A stretch of 64,000 nucleotides of DNA from NCBI GenBank assembly GCA_963664395.2, contig OY761159.2:512001-576000 (forward strand). The letters are read 5' to 3'. This document shows, in pieces, positions 41,546 to 52,063 of this stretch. Under the pieces are notes generated by a model. The model was given only the letters and a program-made list of their open reading frames with translations. It made no database searches and was not told the origin of the DNA. The first letter of the stretch is position 1. Every line of letters begins with the position of its first letter. This stretch comes from Candidatus Binatia bacterium (GTDB lineage: Bacteria; Desulfobacterota; Binatia; Bin18). The translations under genes were made by a program, and so were the position numbers.

Positions 41546-42623
41546 TTACGCCACTACTCCCATCTGTCGTAGCAGAGGAACGATCTCCTTGCCAAACCGT
41601 ACGGTGTCATCATAATAGTGCAGAAACTCGATCAGCACGCCATCCATACCCAACTCGTATAAGCGGGCCAGTTGCTCGGCGACCTGGTCCGCGGTACCGA
41701 CCACCGGCAGCGCCCCGGCCCCCAGCGCCAGCATCTTGAGGCTGAAGCCGCTCATGGACTCACTGCCGATGCTCAGCCCGCTCGCCCAGTTCTGGGCGGC
41801 AACCATATCCGTCTGATCCATAATCCGTTGCACTTCGGTCTGTGCTTCCTTTCTCGGTTTCGCGTTACAGCACAAACGGCATCCCCGCACAGCGGACCTG
41901 TCGGCCATATCCCCGCGCCCGCTGCTTAAAGTCGTCCGCCATGTCGGGCGTCGCTTCAGCCGAAGGCGGGGCAATAAAGGCCCAGTCGCACAGGCGAGCC
42001 ACCAGATCGCGCGCAGCCTCGGACGTGCCGGCGTTCACAATCGGCGGGTGGGGTTGCTGCATGGGCTGGGGCATCACATAACCGTCGGTGATGTGGTACC
42101 AGGGAGAAACATGCCTGAAAGAGCCCGGCTCCTGGGTCCACAGTCCTTTGAGGATTTCAATAAAGGCCGTGGTGCGTTGATAGCGTTCGGCATGCGGCAG
42201 GAGTTCGATGCCCATCATGCCGAACTCGGTGGCGCTCCAGCCGCTGACGATATTGATGCCCCAGCGGCCCTGCCCGATATGATCCAGCGTCCCGCCCATC
42301 TTGGCCGCCACCAGCGGATGGAAAACCGGCACGTGGACGGTGGAGTAGACCCGAATGGTTTGGGTGGCCGCCAGAATAGCGGCAGCCCAGGTCATGGTTT
42401 CGAGCGAGGTGCCCAGATAATTGGTCTCGCCGCCAAACCCGCGCCAGCGGCTGACCGGAAACAGAAAATCAAAGCCCGCGGCCTCGGCCGCCAGGGCGAT
42501 GTTTTTATTGGACTCATACGTCCAGTCGTCGGGTTCGGGTTTATAGCTACTGATGCAGTAGGCATGACTGCAATTGGGCATGAAGATGCCGAGTTGAAAC
42601 GGCTCACGTTCGGATTCCGGCAC
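41546..42623 (-). pseudogene. LLM oxidoreductase pseudogene, paralog of 52064-53179
   Basis: PFVL-TAA where the paralog has PFVLW, plus a +1 frameshift about 15 nt later. Confidence 0.8.
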
Positions 42624-42653
42624 GCCTGGTCTCCTTCAGTCAACGTCCGATTC

Positions 42654-42694
42654 CCTCGCCCCCAGAGCGGGGAGAGGGGACTAGGGTGAGGGGG
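42654..42694. repeat. REP-like element (GGAGAGGG..AGGGTGAGGGG family)
   Basis: Inverse of 59667-59703. Confidence 0.7.
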
Positions 42695-42723
42695 TCCTGG
42701 TATATATCCACAGTCAGGCTGCA

Positions 42724-43950
42724 CTAAATCACGCCCTTCGCCTGTAAGGCTTCGCGCTGCGCGGCGTCGAGTTCAAGCAGACCGCCGTAGACCTCTTCAT
42801 TATGCTGGCCGACCTCCGGGCAGGGCTGGTCAAACCCGAAGGACTTGCCGACAAACTTGATCGGCATCCCAAACCCTTTCACGCCCGGCAGCGCACCCCG
42901 ACGCGGATGAAGCACATCCACGACCATCTCGCGTTCGATCAAATGCTCGTCCTCGATCAACTCGGCCGGACTCAAGATCGGGCCGGCCGGCACTTCACAT
43001 TGCTGAAGATGCGCCACCGCTTCATCGACCGTATGCGTTTCAATCCAGGCCTGGACCACCGCGTCGACGTCGTCACGATATTTCATACGCTGCTGAAGAT
43101 TCGCAAATCTGGGATCGTCGAGCAAATCTTCCCGGTTCAGGGCTCCGAGCAGACTCTTCCAGTTCTGGGCCGACACCGCACAGATGGACACATAGCCGTC
43201 CTGGGCCTGATAGACATTGAACGGCACCCCACCCGGATGCGTATTCCCCCGGCGTTCGGGAGCCAGGCCCGCGGCCATATGCTCAATCAGGTCCGGCAGC
43301 AGGAAGAATGTGCCGTCCTGCATGGACGTATCGACCCACTCGCCCTGGCCCGTTTTCTCGCGCAACTGCAAGGCTGACAGAATCCCGATCAGGGCAAACA
43401 GGGGAGCCGTGGTATCGCTGATCGCCGCTCCGCAACGAGCCGGCGGATGGTCCGCAAAGCCGGTGACACTACTGATGCCGCTGGCGGCCTGAATGATCGG
43501 ATCATACGCCCGCCAATTGCGGCGTGGCCCGCGTTGGCCAAAACCCGAAATCGAGCACAGAATAATGCGCGGGTTACACTCTTGCAGGGTCGCATAGCCG
43601 AGACCCATTTTGTCTATCGTCCCCGGCGAGAAATTCTCCACCACCACGTCGGCTTTTTTCACTAACTGTTTGAATAGCGCCGTGCCCTGCGGGTCGCGCA
43701 GATTGAGAGTGATACTCTTTTTATTGCGCGCCCGGTGGAGCACCATCAGCCCGATGTCATCCTCGGTTTGCCGGGACATGCTCGCCCCCTGCGGCCCGGC
43801 AAAGGGAGCGCGGTTGCGGTGCGCTTCGCCGCCCTGGGGCGACTCGATTTTAATGACCTCGGCTCCCAGCCCACCGAGCAGCAGGGTGCAGTACGGGCCG
43901 GCCAGAAAACGGGTGAGATCCAGGACAATCAGACCTTCGAGTGGTTTCAC
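42724..43950 (-). CDS. CoA-transferase family III (CaiB/BaiF)
   Basis: LDLTRFLAGPYC, RNKKSITLNL, VENFSPG, AYDPIIQA. Confidence 0.94.
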   Translation of the reverse strand: MKPLEGLIVLDLTRFLAGPYCTLLLGGLGAEVIKIESPQGGEAHRNRAPFAGPQGASMSRQTEDDIGLMVLHRARNKKSITLNLRDPQGTALFKQLVKKADVVVENFSPGTIDKMGLGYATLQECNPRIILCSISGFGQRGPRRNWRAYDPIIQAASGISSVTGFADHPPARCGAAISDTTAPLFALIGILSALQLREKTGQGEWVDTSMQDGTFFLLPDLIEHMAAGLAPERRGNTHPGGVPFNVYQAQDGYVSICAVSAQNWKSLLGALNREDLLDDPRFANLQQRMKYRDDVDAVVQAWIETHTVDEAVAHLQQCEVPAGPILSPAELIEDEHLIEREMVVDVLHPRRGALPGVKGFGMPIKFVGKSFGFDQPCPEVGQHNEEVYGGLLELDAAQREALQAKGVI

Positions 43951-44151
43951 ATTTCCCTCCGTATACGAACAAAAGAGTAAACGTGTCCTCCAAACAAGCA
44001 TACAAAGCTGGATACGTTTACTCTTTGCAGCCGGTGTATCTGAATCTCTCGGGAAAGAGAAGCGTGCGGCCCAACTTGACGACCGGACTGACCGGCCATA
44101 GCATTCCTGACCGAACGTGAGGGGAGCCCGATTAGACTCAAGGAGGACAGC

Positions 44152-45231
44152 ATGAAATTCGGTATTTCCGTTTCCACAAAAATAGATGACTGGCAGCTCG
44201 TCAAATACGCCGAGGACTGCGGCTTTGATATGGCCTGGATCCCCGACTCGCAGATGATCTGGTCAGACTGCTATGCCACCATGGCCCTGGCAGCTCAGAA
44301 CACGTCGCGCATTCAACTCGGCACCGGCGTGGCGATTCCCGGCACCCGCATTGCCCCGGTCACGGCCCACTCGATTGCGTCCATCAATCAGCTTGCGCCG
44401 GGCCGCGTGTTCCTCGGCATTGGCACCGGCCATACCGCCATGCGCGTCATGGGCATGCAGCCGATGAAGATTCGCGACTTTCGCGAATACTTGCGCGTCG
44501 TCCGCGCGCTGCTGAGCGGGGAAGAGGTCGATTATACCTATGGCGACACCACCCGCACGATTCGCTTCCTGCATCAGGACTTGCGGTTCGTGAATCTGGA
44601 AAACCCGGTGCCCATCTATGTCGCGGCCAACGGTCCGCGGGCACTGCGAACCGCGGGCGAGTATGGCGACGGCCTGGTGTCGGTCTTCAACGAGCGCGCG
44701 GACGTCGTCTCCCAGCATCTGTCTTTGGTGAAAGAAGGCGCGGAGCGGGCCGGACGGACGTTTTCGGATGACTTCTTTGTGGCCGCGTTTACGTCGGCGG
44801 TCGTGCTCAAGCCGGGCGAGGCCCTGACCTCTGATCGGGTAATTGACGAATGCGGCTCCTACGTCACCGCCATTATTCACTTTGTGTGGGAGATCTACCA
44901 ACAAACGAAAGATGAAAGCGTTGTGCCGGAAGCCTATAAGGGTATCTGGGACGAGTATTGCGCCTCAGTGGAGAAGATGGAAACGCCGCGCGACAAGCGC
45001 TACCTCCAAATCCACAACGGCCACTGCACCTTCCTCGTGCCCGGGGAACGTCGCTTTGTCACTCCCGAGACAATCAAAGGTACCTGCCTGGTGGGCGAGC
45101 CGGATGAAATCATTCATGAACTCCGGGAGTCTGAAAAAGCCGGGCTCCAGGAAGTCACCCTGCTACCGTCCATGGACCAGGCGCGGAATGTGTTCAAAGA
45201 TTTCGCCCAGCAGGTGATCGAGCGCTATTAG
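44152..45231 (+). CDS. LLM class oxidoreductase (Mer-like)
   Basis: WIPDSQMIWSD, LAPGRVFLGIGTG, YVAANGPR. Confidence 0.92.
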   Translation: MKFGISVSTKIDDWQLVKYAEDCGFDMAWIPDSQMIWSDCYATMALAAQNTSRIQLGTGVAIPGTRIAPVTAHSIASINQLAPGRVFLGIGTGHTAMRVMGMQPMKIRDFREYLRVVRALLSGEEVDYTYGDTTRTIRFLHQDLRFVNLENPVPIYVAANGPRALRTAGEYGDGLVSVFNERADVVSQHLSLVKEGAERAGRTFSDDFFVAAFTSAVVLKPGEALTSDRVIDECGSYVTAIIHFVWEIYQQTKDESVVPEAYKGIWDEYCASVEKMETPRDKRYLQIHNGHCTFLVPGERRFVTPETIKGTCLVGEPDEIIHELRESEKAGLQEVTLLPSMDQARNVFKDFAQQVIERY

Positions 45232-45234
45232 GTT

Positions 45235-45262
45235 GTAGGGGATGGTTCGCGCACCGTCCCCC
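45235..45262. repeat. GTAG-type REP palindrome
   Basis: GTAGGGGATGGTTCGCGCACCGTCCCC; related to 49559-49582. Confidence 0.65.
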
Positions 45263-45433
45263 TGTCCCCACGACCGTACCTCAGAATAGGTAGACGCAGA
45301 GTCAAGCAGATCAAAAAGACAAGGCGTGAGCGGCCTGAATATCAGCAACTTCACCTGGAACATCGCTGACTCAGACTGACACCCTAGTCCGGTTATGGAC
45401 AGCGGAGGGAGAATCTGGAAAGACTGATCGGGT

Positions 45434-46330
45434 ATGAGACTCGACAGTCCTCTTAGATATCCGGGAGGAAAGGCATCGCTTGCAGCCTTTCTCGCCCGGA
45501 CCATCGCGTTGAATGCCCTCTCTGGCTGCTCATACTTCGAACCCTTTGCTGGTGGCGCGGGAGCCGCGTTGCGTCTGCTTGGGGACGGGATCGTCTCAGA
45601 ACTCCACCTGAATGACGTTGACCCGCGTATCACGGCATTCTGGCAAGCGGTTCTTCATGAGCCAGAACGATTCGTCGATGCTATCATGTCTGTTCCTGTA
45701 ACCATGGAGGAATGGAAGAGACAGCAGAATGTCTGTCGGCGCGCTGACACCAGCACGCCCTTTGAGCTGGGTTTTGCCACCTTCTACCTGAACCGTTGTA
45801 ATCGCTCAGGCATCCTCTTCGGATCCACTCCCATCGGGGGGTACGCGCAAGCAGGGAAGTGGAAGATGGACGTACGTTTCTACAGAAAGAGTCTCGCCGA
45901 GCGAGTCCGTGCCGTCGCGCGGAAACGCGAGCACATCCACGTCACCAACATGGACGCGAGGGAGTTTCTGGTAAAGCAACTTCCTCGCGGACGAGAACGG
46001 AAACGTGTCTTCACATACCTGGACCCACCCTACTACTCAAACGGCAATCGCCTCTATTTGAATTTCTACGAAGACTGGGACCACCGAAAGCTCTCTCGCT
46101 ACTTACAGCGGCAAGGTACGTTGCATTGGGTCATGTCCTACGATGACGCGTGTTTCATTCGAGATTTGTATACAACCTGTACTATCTCCCATCTCTCGCT
46201 CCAGCACAGTCTTCAACAAAAGAAACAGGTACAGGAGCTTCTGATCGCACCGTCTCACGTACGGATTCCTGATCCTGTTGCCCCAATTGAGAGACGTGAA
46301 GGAATCTTCACGTTTGCTCAGGGAGGATGA
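45434..46330 (+). CDS. DNA adenine methyltransferase (Dam/D12 class)
   Basis: SPLRYPGGK, EPFAGGAG, FYLNRCNRSG, YLDPPYY. Confidence 0.92.
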   Translation: MRLDSPLRYPGGKASLAAFLARTIALNALSGCSYFEPFAGGAGAALRLLGDGIVSELHLNDVDPRITAFWQAVLHEPERFVDAIMSVPVTMEEWKRQQNVCRRADTSTPFELGFATFYLNRCNRSGILFGSTPIGGYAQAGKWKMDVRFYRKSLAERVRAVARKREHIHVTNMDAREFLVKQLPRGRERKRVFTYLDPPYYSNGNRLYLNFYEDWDHRKLSRYLQRQGTLHWVMSYDDACFIRDLYTTCTISHLSLQHSLQQKKQVQELLIAPSHVRIPDPVAPIERREGIFTFAQGG

Positions 46331-46334
46331 TTCG

Positions 46335-47457
46335 ATGAATAGCGAGAAGATTATCCCTATGGAAATTTCGGAGCTGACGTTCGATCTGAAGAATCCTCGG
46401 CTTCCCGAATTCGACCTGACCGACAATTCGACAGAATCCGACGTAATAAAGGTTCTATGGGAAGCGATGGACGTAGAAGAACTGATGATGTCCATCGCCT
46501 CCAGCGGATTCTTTCGTCACGAGCCTCTGATTGTCGCCGAAGAGGGCGGGAAGAACATTGTCATAGAAGGCAACCGCCGTCTTGCCGCGGTTAAAGTCCT
46601 TCTAGATCCTAAAGTTGCCGAAGACCTCAAGGCGGATATTCCCACTATCACAAAGAGAGCTAGGAGTGCGCTCAAAGAGCTTCCCACGGTGTCTGGGACA
46701 CGCAAAGACGCCTGGCGTTATCTCGGTTTCAAACATGTAAATGGTCCAGCCAAATGGAGCAGCTACGCCAAGTCTCGGTACATCGCCGACGTGCATAGAA
46801 AATTCGACGTCAAACTCGAAGATATCGCGAAACAGATTGGTGATACTCACAGGACAGTCCAGAGGCTGTTCCGTGGCCTTATGGTCATTGAGCAAGCCGA
46901 GCGACTGAAAGTATTCATCCTCAGATGACCGTTGGCGAAGCCATTTTTCGTTCTCACATCTCCATACGGGCCTCGGCTATTCGACGGCATCAGCACCTTT
47001 ATCGGCTTGCGACCGGAGACCGACGAAGACCCAGGAACCGGTACCCCCCGACGAAGAAAGAACGAACTTCACGTGAGCTTTGCCTCTGGATGTACGGCAG
47101 CAAGAGGGAAGAATAAGCCCCCTATTATCGAGAACGCAGAACCCGCACCTTCGAGCAACTTGATGCAGTTGTAAGCAACAAAGAGGCTCTCTGCTGCCCT
47201 GCGTGAACGGAGTTACTCTTTCGGTAGCCCACGAAATGAGCCGTCCGTCGTCCACTGTCTTCGAGGAGGCCCTGGTTGCCGCGAAACGGGACCTCCAGAA
47301 AGCGCACAGCCTGCTCTCCACCGGCTTATGATGGCTCTGAGGAACTGCTCAGAACTGCTGGCACGGTGGCAAATCTTGGCAGATGACCTCTACGAGGAAA
47401 TGGAACCGCAAGCACAAACCCCGGCAAGAAGGAAAACGCATCGTCTCGGAGAGATGA
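46335..47457 (+). pseudogene. ParB/Srx-like N-terminal domain protein with several frameshifts after about 46920
   Basis: DLKNPRL, VIEGNRRLAA, HVNGPAKWSSYAK; continuation FSFSHL, LCLWMYGSK, LADDLYEEM spread over several frames. Confidence 0.7.
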
Positions 47458-47460
47458 TTG

Positions 47461-48416
47461 ATGTTCAAATTGCCGAGAGCAGCCGTCCGCCCGCGCACCC
47501 TAAACACGAGCTTGCCGACTACGCCGAGTTAATTTGCTTGGCAGCGAGCGACAGCACATCGACGTACGGCTCTGATCCAGGCTACTCGGCAGGCTATGAG
47601 GATAACGACTACTCCGAGCGGTGTACAAGAAGAAGAGGAAACGACCGAGATACGAGCTGTTGAAGAATCCTACGCCGAGATTGAGCAGACGCAGGGATAG
47701 CATGCAGAGATGGCTATCCGTTCAGGCTCGACGGGACCGGGCTATACGCTTCAAATCGACGCTGACCAGGAGAGCGAGAACTACAAGCATCACGATTTAC
47801 AAGTATCTACTCCTAGCGACCCGGCTAAACATGCGAAATGATCGAGGTTCACGCAGAATATCGACGGCTACGCTTCTCTTCGAAGAACTCGCGGCGGAAG
47901 CCGCCCGGGAGTATCTTGGTAACCGTGCGGAGAGTTTAGTCTTTGGTACCGCCTCAGGTACTGAATTCCATAGTAAGGTTAACACCCTTTGCCAGAAGCT
48001 GAAGGAGGGCGACGGTTTCGTAAACCGCGACGAAGCCGCACCAACAGCACGGGACGGTAAATTGGATGTCGTCGTGTGGAAACACTTCACCGACGGTCTT
48101 GAAGGGAAGCTCATCGCTTTTGGACAGTGCAAGACAGGGAACCGACTACAAGGGCGCGCTTACTCAGCTTCAGCCCGATTCATTCTGTAGAAAATGGTTG
48201 CAATCATCCCTCGTGGTAATCACTCCCGTACGCATGTTCTTCGTTTCGGAGGCTCTGTCTCGGAGCCATTGGTATAACGTCTCAAGCGACGCTGGTTTAC
48301 TATTTGACCGCTGCCGGATTGTCGACTTTTGCGACAACATTAGTGCCAACATATTGGAGAGAGTGAGAGCCTGGACAACAGCAGCGTCCGAGGCAACCAG
48401 ATTGCCTAGGCCATAA
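47461..48416 (+). pseudogene. PD-(D/E)XK restriction-endonuclease-like protein, frameshifted
   Basis: HELADYAEL, LFEELAAEAA, DGKLDVVVW...GQCKTG, GLLFDRCRI in shifting frames. Confidence 0.65.
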
Positions 48417-48610
48417 CGTCTGGAGGACACAAGGCAGGGAAAGGACGCGTGGGAGATACTGTCCGGGCTGTTCATTCGAGCCGGGCGATAGGCTGGCAGG
48501 CGAGCAGATAGGCATATCAGTAGAGTTAAGAGGCTACGGGCGAGATGCCCACAATCCCCGGAAGATAGCCTGGACGGAAGAGGTTGACTCCTCTCCCGTC
48601 CCCTTCTCCC

Positions 48611-48736
48611 CTACGGCCGCACCTCATAATAGGCGTTGATCGGATTATCGAAATCGTGGCGTTTGAAGCGGCTGAAGCCGGCGCTACCGACCATCCTGCG
48701 CGCAACCGGTTCGGTAAATCCCAGGGTGCCCAAGCC
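48611..48736 (-). repeat. Diverged duplicate of the 3' end of the 49607-50695 methyltransferase
   Basis: 126 bp, 8 mismatches vs 49607-49732 (aligned by eye). Confidence 0.9.
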
Positions 48737-48830
48737 ATCTGGCCGGCTCTGCGGTGGGCATGTGGAAGGATGAGCTATGATCCTGAGATATGCTGGGGGC
48801 ACAAAAAGAGTCAACTATCGGGCGCCGCTT

Positions 48831-49196
48831 TTACTGCTTGTTCAGTAGGGCCTTTGGTTGAGACGGTAGGGTTGGAGACGCTGCTTGTGGTGATGGTTGA
48901 TCAGGAATTTTATTGTAAATGAGCACTCCGAACGTTAGGAGAACCGCAATAATAATGGCGATCCCACTCCAGAAGGCTTGCCCTCCAACTTTGTCACGTA
49001 CATCTGACCGTAAATCTTGGATATCTTGTCTAAGGTGATTGGTTCTTTCTTCGATTCGCCCAAAACCTTGGCGTAACTCAAAGATGCCTTGAAGCACAAA
49101 CGAGTGCTGATCCGCTGGATGCTGGCCTTGTGGCTCGGTCACATCTGCCGGTGTTCCAAAGTCCGGTTGAGTCGGGTGAGGTTGACCGTCTGCCAT
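48831..49196 (-). CDS. Hypothetical protein, coiled coil plus one TM helix
   Basis: RIEERTNHLRQDIQDLRSDV then FWSGIAIIIAVLLTFGVLIY. Confidence 0.65.
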   Translation of the reverse strand: MADGQPHPTQPDFGTPADVTEPQGQHPADQHSFVLQGIFELRQGFGRIEERTNHLRQDIQDLRSDVRDKVGGQAFWSGIAIIIAVLLTFGVLIYNKIPDQPSPQAASPTLPSQPKALLNKQ

Positions 49197-49457
49197 CTAT
49201 CCTTCCTTCCGGTCGAACCATTCCCAAAGCGCACGATTGTGAAATCCCCACCAAGCATCAACTCGAAGCACAATATGTCTCGACGCATTACCGTTTTCAT
49301 CACGCGGGAATAATGTTTCGCTTATCTGTTGTGATGAATCATTCGTCTGTATGGCCCACGTATAGGAGCCTATCTGGTGAAACACTCTATAATGGGACGA
49401 AAGCCCTTGCTCCTCTAATGAGGCCTTATCTTCTAAAATTAGAACGTATTTAGGCAC
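49197..49457 (-). CDS. Small hypothetical protein (possibly ferredoxin-like fold)
   Basis: GTG start PKYVLIL...TWAIQT...WWGFHNRALWEWF; AT-richer; abuts next gene. Confidence 0.6.
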   Translation of the reverse strand: MPKYVLILEDKASLEEQGLSSHYRVFHQIGSYTWAIQTNDSSQQISETLFPRDENGNASRHIVLRVDAWWGFHNRALWEWFDRKEG

Positions 49458-49558
49458 GGTGTTCCCAGAGGGCTTTCTATCAGAAATACAAGAGCTACCG
49501 TTATCTATTCTACCTTTGTAATCGCCCAGAATGCGAAGTGCTATTGCTATGTAATAGC

Positions 49559-49582
49559 AGGGGCGGTTCGCGAACCGCCCCT
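49559..49582. repeat. REP palindrome
   Basis: AGGGGCGGTTCG-CGAACCGCCCCT, perfect inverted repeat. Confidence 0.75.
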
Positions 49583-49606
49583 CCACAGGAAGACGGGCAG
49601 CTGCCC

Positions 49607-50695
49607 CTACGGCCGCACCTCATAATAGGCGTTGATCGGATTGTCGAAATCGTGGCGTTTGAAGCGGCTGAAGCCGACGCTGCCAACCATCTTACGCGCA
49701 ACCGGTTCGGTAAATCCCAAGGTGCCTAAGCCTTCGCCGTCCGGTGTGGACATGGCTGAGGACATGCAACACATGACCGAAAAGCCGTACATCAAGGGCG
49801 CGAGCGGGTTTTGCTCCAGATTTTCTTCAAACGTCGGCAGGCTATGAATGTCCGCGATCAACCAGGTGCCGTCCGGTTTGAGCGCATCACGGATCGCCTG
49901 GATGACCGGCGTGGGATTGGCCATATCGTGCAGGCAGTCAAAGGTCGCAATGAAATCAAAGCTATTGTCATCGGGAATGGCGTCACCGTTCGCATCGTGA
50001 AAGGCGACGTTCTGCACGCCGGCTTTGGCCTTGTTCTCTTCGGCCCGGGCCAGGGCGTGGGCTGAGATGTCGTAGCCGTGACAGTCAGTGTGAGGAAAGG
50101 CTTCGGCGATCTTGAGTAGCGCCACGCCGGCCCCACAGCCGACATCGGCCACTTTTGCCCCGGCTTCAAGTTTGGGGACCACCCCGTCCAGAGCGGGTAA
50201 AGCTTTGGGGACAAGGTGGGCCTGGAACCACGGGGCAAGAAAACGCTCGATCCCACGCGCGCCCTCGGGCCCGAACGCATCGTACGGCAAACCCAGGCCG
50301 GTCTTGAACGACTCCGGGAGTCGTTCCATCACCCCCATCTGTTGCGGCAGCGAACAGAACCCGCCGGCCAAGAACGCCGGGCTGTTTTCGTTGGATAAGA
50401 CCAGGGCGGCTTCGGCTGACAACTCAAACTGGCGATTGCCCTTATACTCAAGCAAGCCTGCTGCCGCCTGGCCTTCGAGCCACTCTCGCAGCCACCGCTC
50501 GTGCAGCCCGGTTTTCTGCGCCAGGTCGTCACTCGTCACCGGCCCTGCGCCATCCAGGGTCTGGTAGAGACCCATCTTGTCACCGAGATAGATCATGCCG
50601 GAAATTACGGCCCCAGCGAGAAAGCCCATGGTGTGTTCGGCCATCTTCTGGACTTTGTCACGATCAATCTGAGCCTTATACGATTCGTCTGCCAT
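49607..50695 (-). CDS. SAM-dependent methyltransferase with N-terminal wHTH (Rv2258c-like)
   Basis: GLHERWLREWL, VADVGCGAG, FDCLHDM, GLGTLG, NAYYEVRP. Confidence 0.92.
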   Translation of the reverse strand: MADESYKAQIDRDKVQKMAEHTMGFLAGAVISGMIYLGDKMGLYQTLDGAGPVTSDDLAQKTGLHERWLREWLEGQAAAGLLEYKGNRQFELSAEAALVLSNENSPAFLAGGFCSLPQQMGVMERLPESFKTGLGLPYDAFGPEGARGIERFLAPWFQAHLVPKALPALDGVVPKLEAGAKVADVGCGAGVALLKIAEAFPHTDCHGYDISAHALARAEENKAKAGVQNVAFHDANGDAIPDDNSFDFIATFDCLHDMANPTPVIQAIRDALKPDGTWLIADIHSLPTFEENLEQNPLAPLMYGFSVMCCMSSAMSTPDGEGLGTLGFTEPVARKMVGSVGFSRFKRHDFDNPINAYYEVRP

Positions 50696-50731
50696 GCGGC
50701 GTCCTCCATTCTGTTTTTGAGTTTCTTTTGC

Positions 50732-51802
50732 TTACCACGGTTTGAACTCGATGCTGAACCCTTCTCGCTCCTGATTTCTCTGATCAGCCAGAGACCCGCG
50801 AGCGCCGGTATACGTTCCCAAAGGATAGTATAAATAGCCCTGAATACTGGCCCCCGGCCCAATTGGACGGTCTGTCAACGACGGAGCGGGAAAAGATGTC
50901 TCGCCCTCACTCATGGGCGTCACCCGTTTTCCGGAAGAGTCCATTAACGTGATCTTCCGGGTCTCAAGCATATACGTCTGCTGGGTCAGATTTGAGATAT
51001 TGACCTTGAGCGGCAGCACGGCCAACTCCTTTGTCCCAAATACAACTTGATTATCAACGCTATTGAGCGGACGCAGGGTGACATACAGGCGCTTTTGATC
51101 CGCCGGATTGCTCGCCAGTCGCTCTTCCACCTTGTTAAAGGTAGTAAAAAACCCGAGCTGGAAGTCGCTCAGAGCCTGATAGAAGGCGACATTGTCCAGG
51201 ACCGGGCTGTCCTCGCTGGTGTCCATCTCGACTCGGTTGCGTTCGATATAACAGGTAATGGTGATGGAGGTCGGCTCCGCCCCTTCCTTTTCACCGGTAA
51301 TCACCCCCGCGGCCATAAATGTTGCCGGGGTATAGGTGGTGATGGTAAACCCACTGCTCTCCAGTGCCTGACGCATCACCATATTGGCTTGATCACACGG
51401 GGCCACATCGGAGCGAGCCATCATACGGACGCCGTTCGGACCGCAGGCGATAGTGACGGACACGCCCTCCTCTCCTCCCCAACGGCCCATCTGCTTCGCC
51501 TCTATCACACCCTCTTTGGCGTCTGAAGCCGGTGTGAAGGAGGTCACCTCATAGCCCAAACGCTCAACCGTCCGGACCGAGAAGCGGTTCGCGTCCTCAC
51601 AACTCATGTCCGGCTCTATCACATCGTACTCGTCCGTGGGCTCAAGCGGAGGTATTGCCGCGCTCATCTGAACGGCCTCAGGCTTCTGCTCGGTCTGCTG
51701 CGAGGCAACCTCCTGCTGTTCGCCGGCATCACAGCCAAGCGTCAGGATTCCGGCTACACACAGACCAATCAAAAAAGGGCCCTTCCGTGTGGGCTTATGC
51801 AT
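50732..51802 (-). CDS. Hypothetical lipoprotein
   Basis: Lipobox LTLG-C; internal duplicated module (C..AN...G(Y/F)..T..TPA...GVI...(V/I)TI.C). Confidence 0.7.
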   Translation of the reverse strand: MHKPTRKGPFLIGLCVAGILTLGCDAGEQQEVASQQTEQKPEAVQMSAAIPPLEPTDEYDVIEPDMSCEDANRFSVRTVERLGYEVTSFTPASDAKEGVIEAKQMGRWGGEEGVSVTIACGPNGVRMMARSDVAPCDQANMVMRQALESSGFTITTYTPATFMAAGVITGEKEGAEPTSITITCYIERNRVEMDTSEDSPVLDNVAFYQALSDFQLGFFTTFNKVEERLASNPADQKRLYVTLRPLNSVDNQVVFGTKELAVLPLKVNISNLTQQTYMLETRKITLMDSSGKRVTPMSEGETSFPAPSLTDRPIGPGASIQGYLYYPLGTYTGARGSLADQRNQEREGFSIEFKPW

Positions 51803-51902
51803 GCGTCCCCTCCTCCAGGCAGATATAAGCCTCATATGAAGTGTGGACCATACCAAACCAAAAACGATCAGGCCAGAGGAGACATCAGGCCAGAGAAGAA
51901 AG

Positions 51903-52020
51903 TATGTTGCAGCCAAGCACGTCGTCGTCGGACTGACGAAGACAGTAGCCTTGGAATACGCCAAGGCCGGCATTCGGGTGAATGCCGTCTGGCCGGGAGT
52001 GATTCAAACCCCGCTGGTCA
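51903..52020 (+). pseudogene. SDR internal fragment
   Basis: [37 protein letters not shown], closely similar to 37157-37915. Confidence 0.75.
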
Positions 52021-52063
52021 AAAGCGTCCATAAAGGGGCACGCAACGCTCAGGAGTCAATACG

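Noticed and set aside
41865-41867. Recoded stop in the LLM gene
   Set aside because: TAA at a Trp position plus a nearby frameshift; not Sec or Pyl
46920-48140. Programmed frameshifting in ParB-like and nuclease genes
   Set aside because: Too many scattered indels with no slippery motif; decay or read error is more likely
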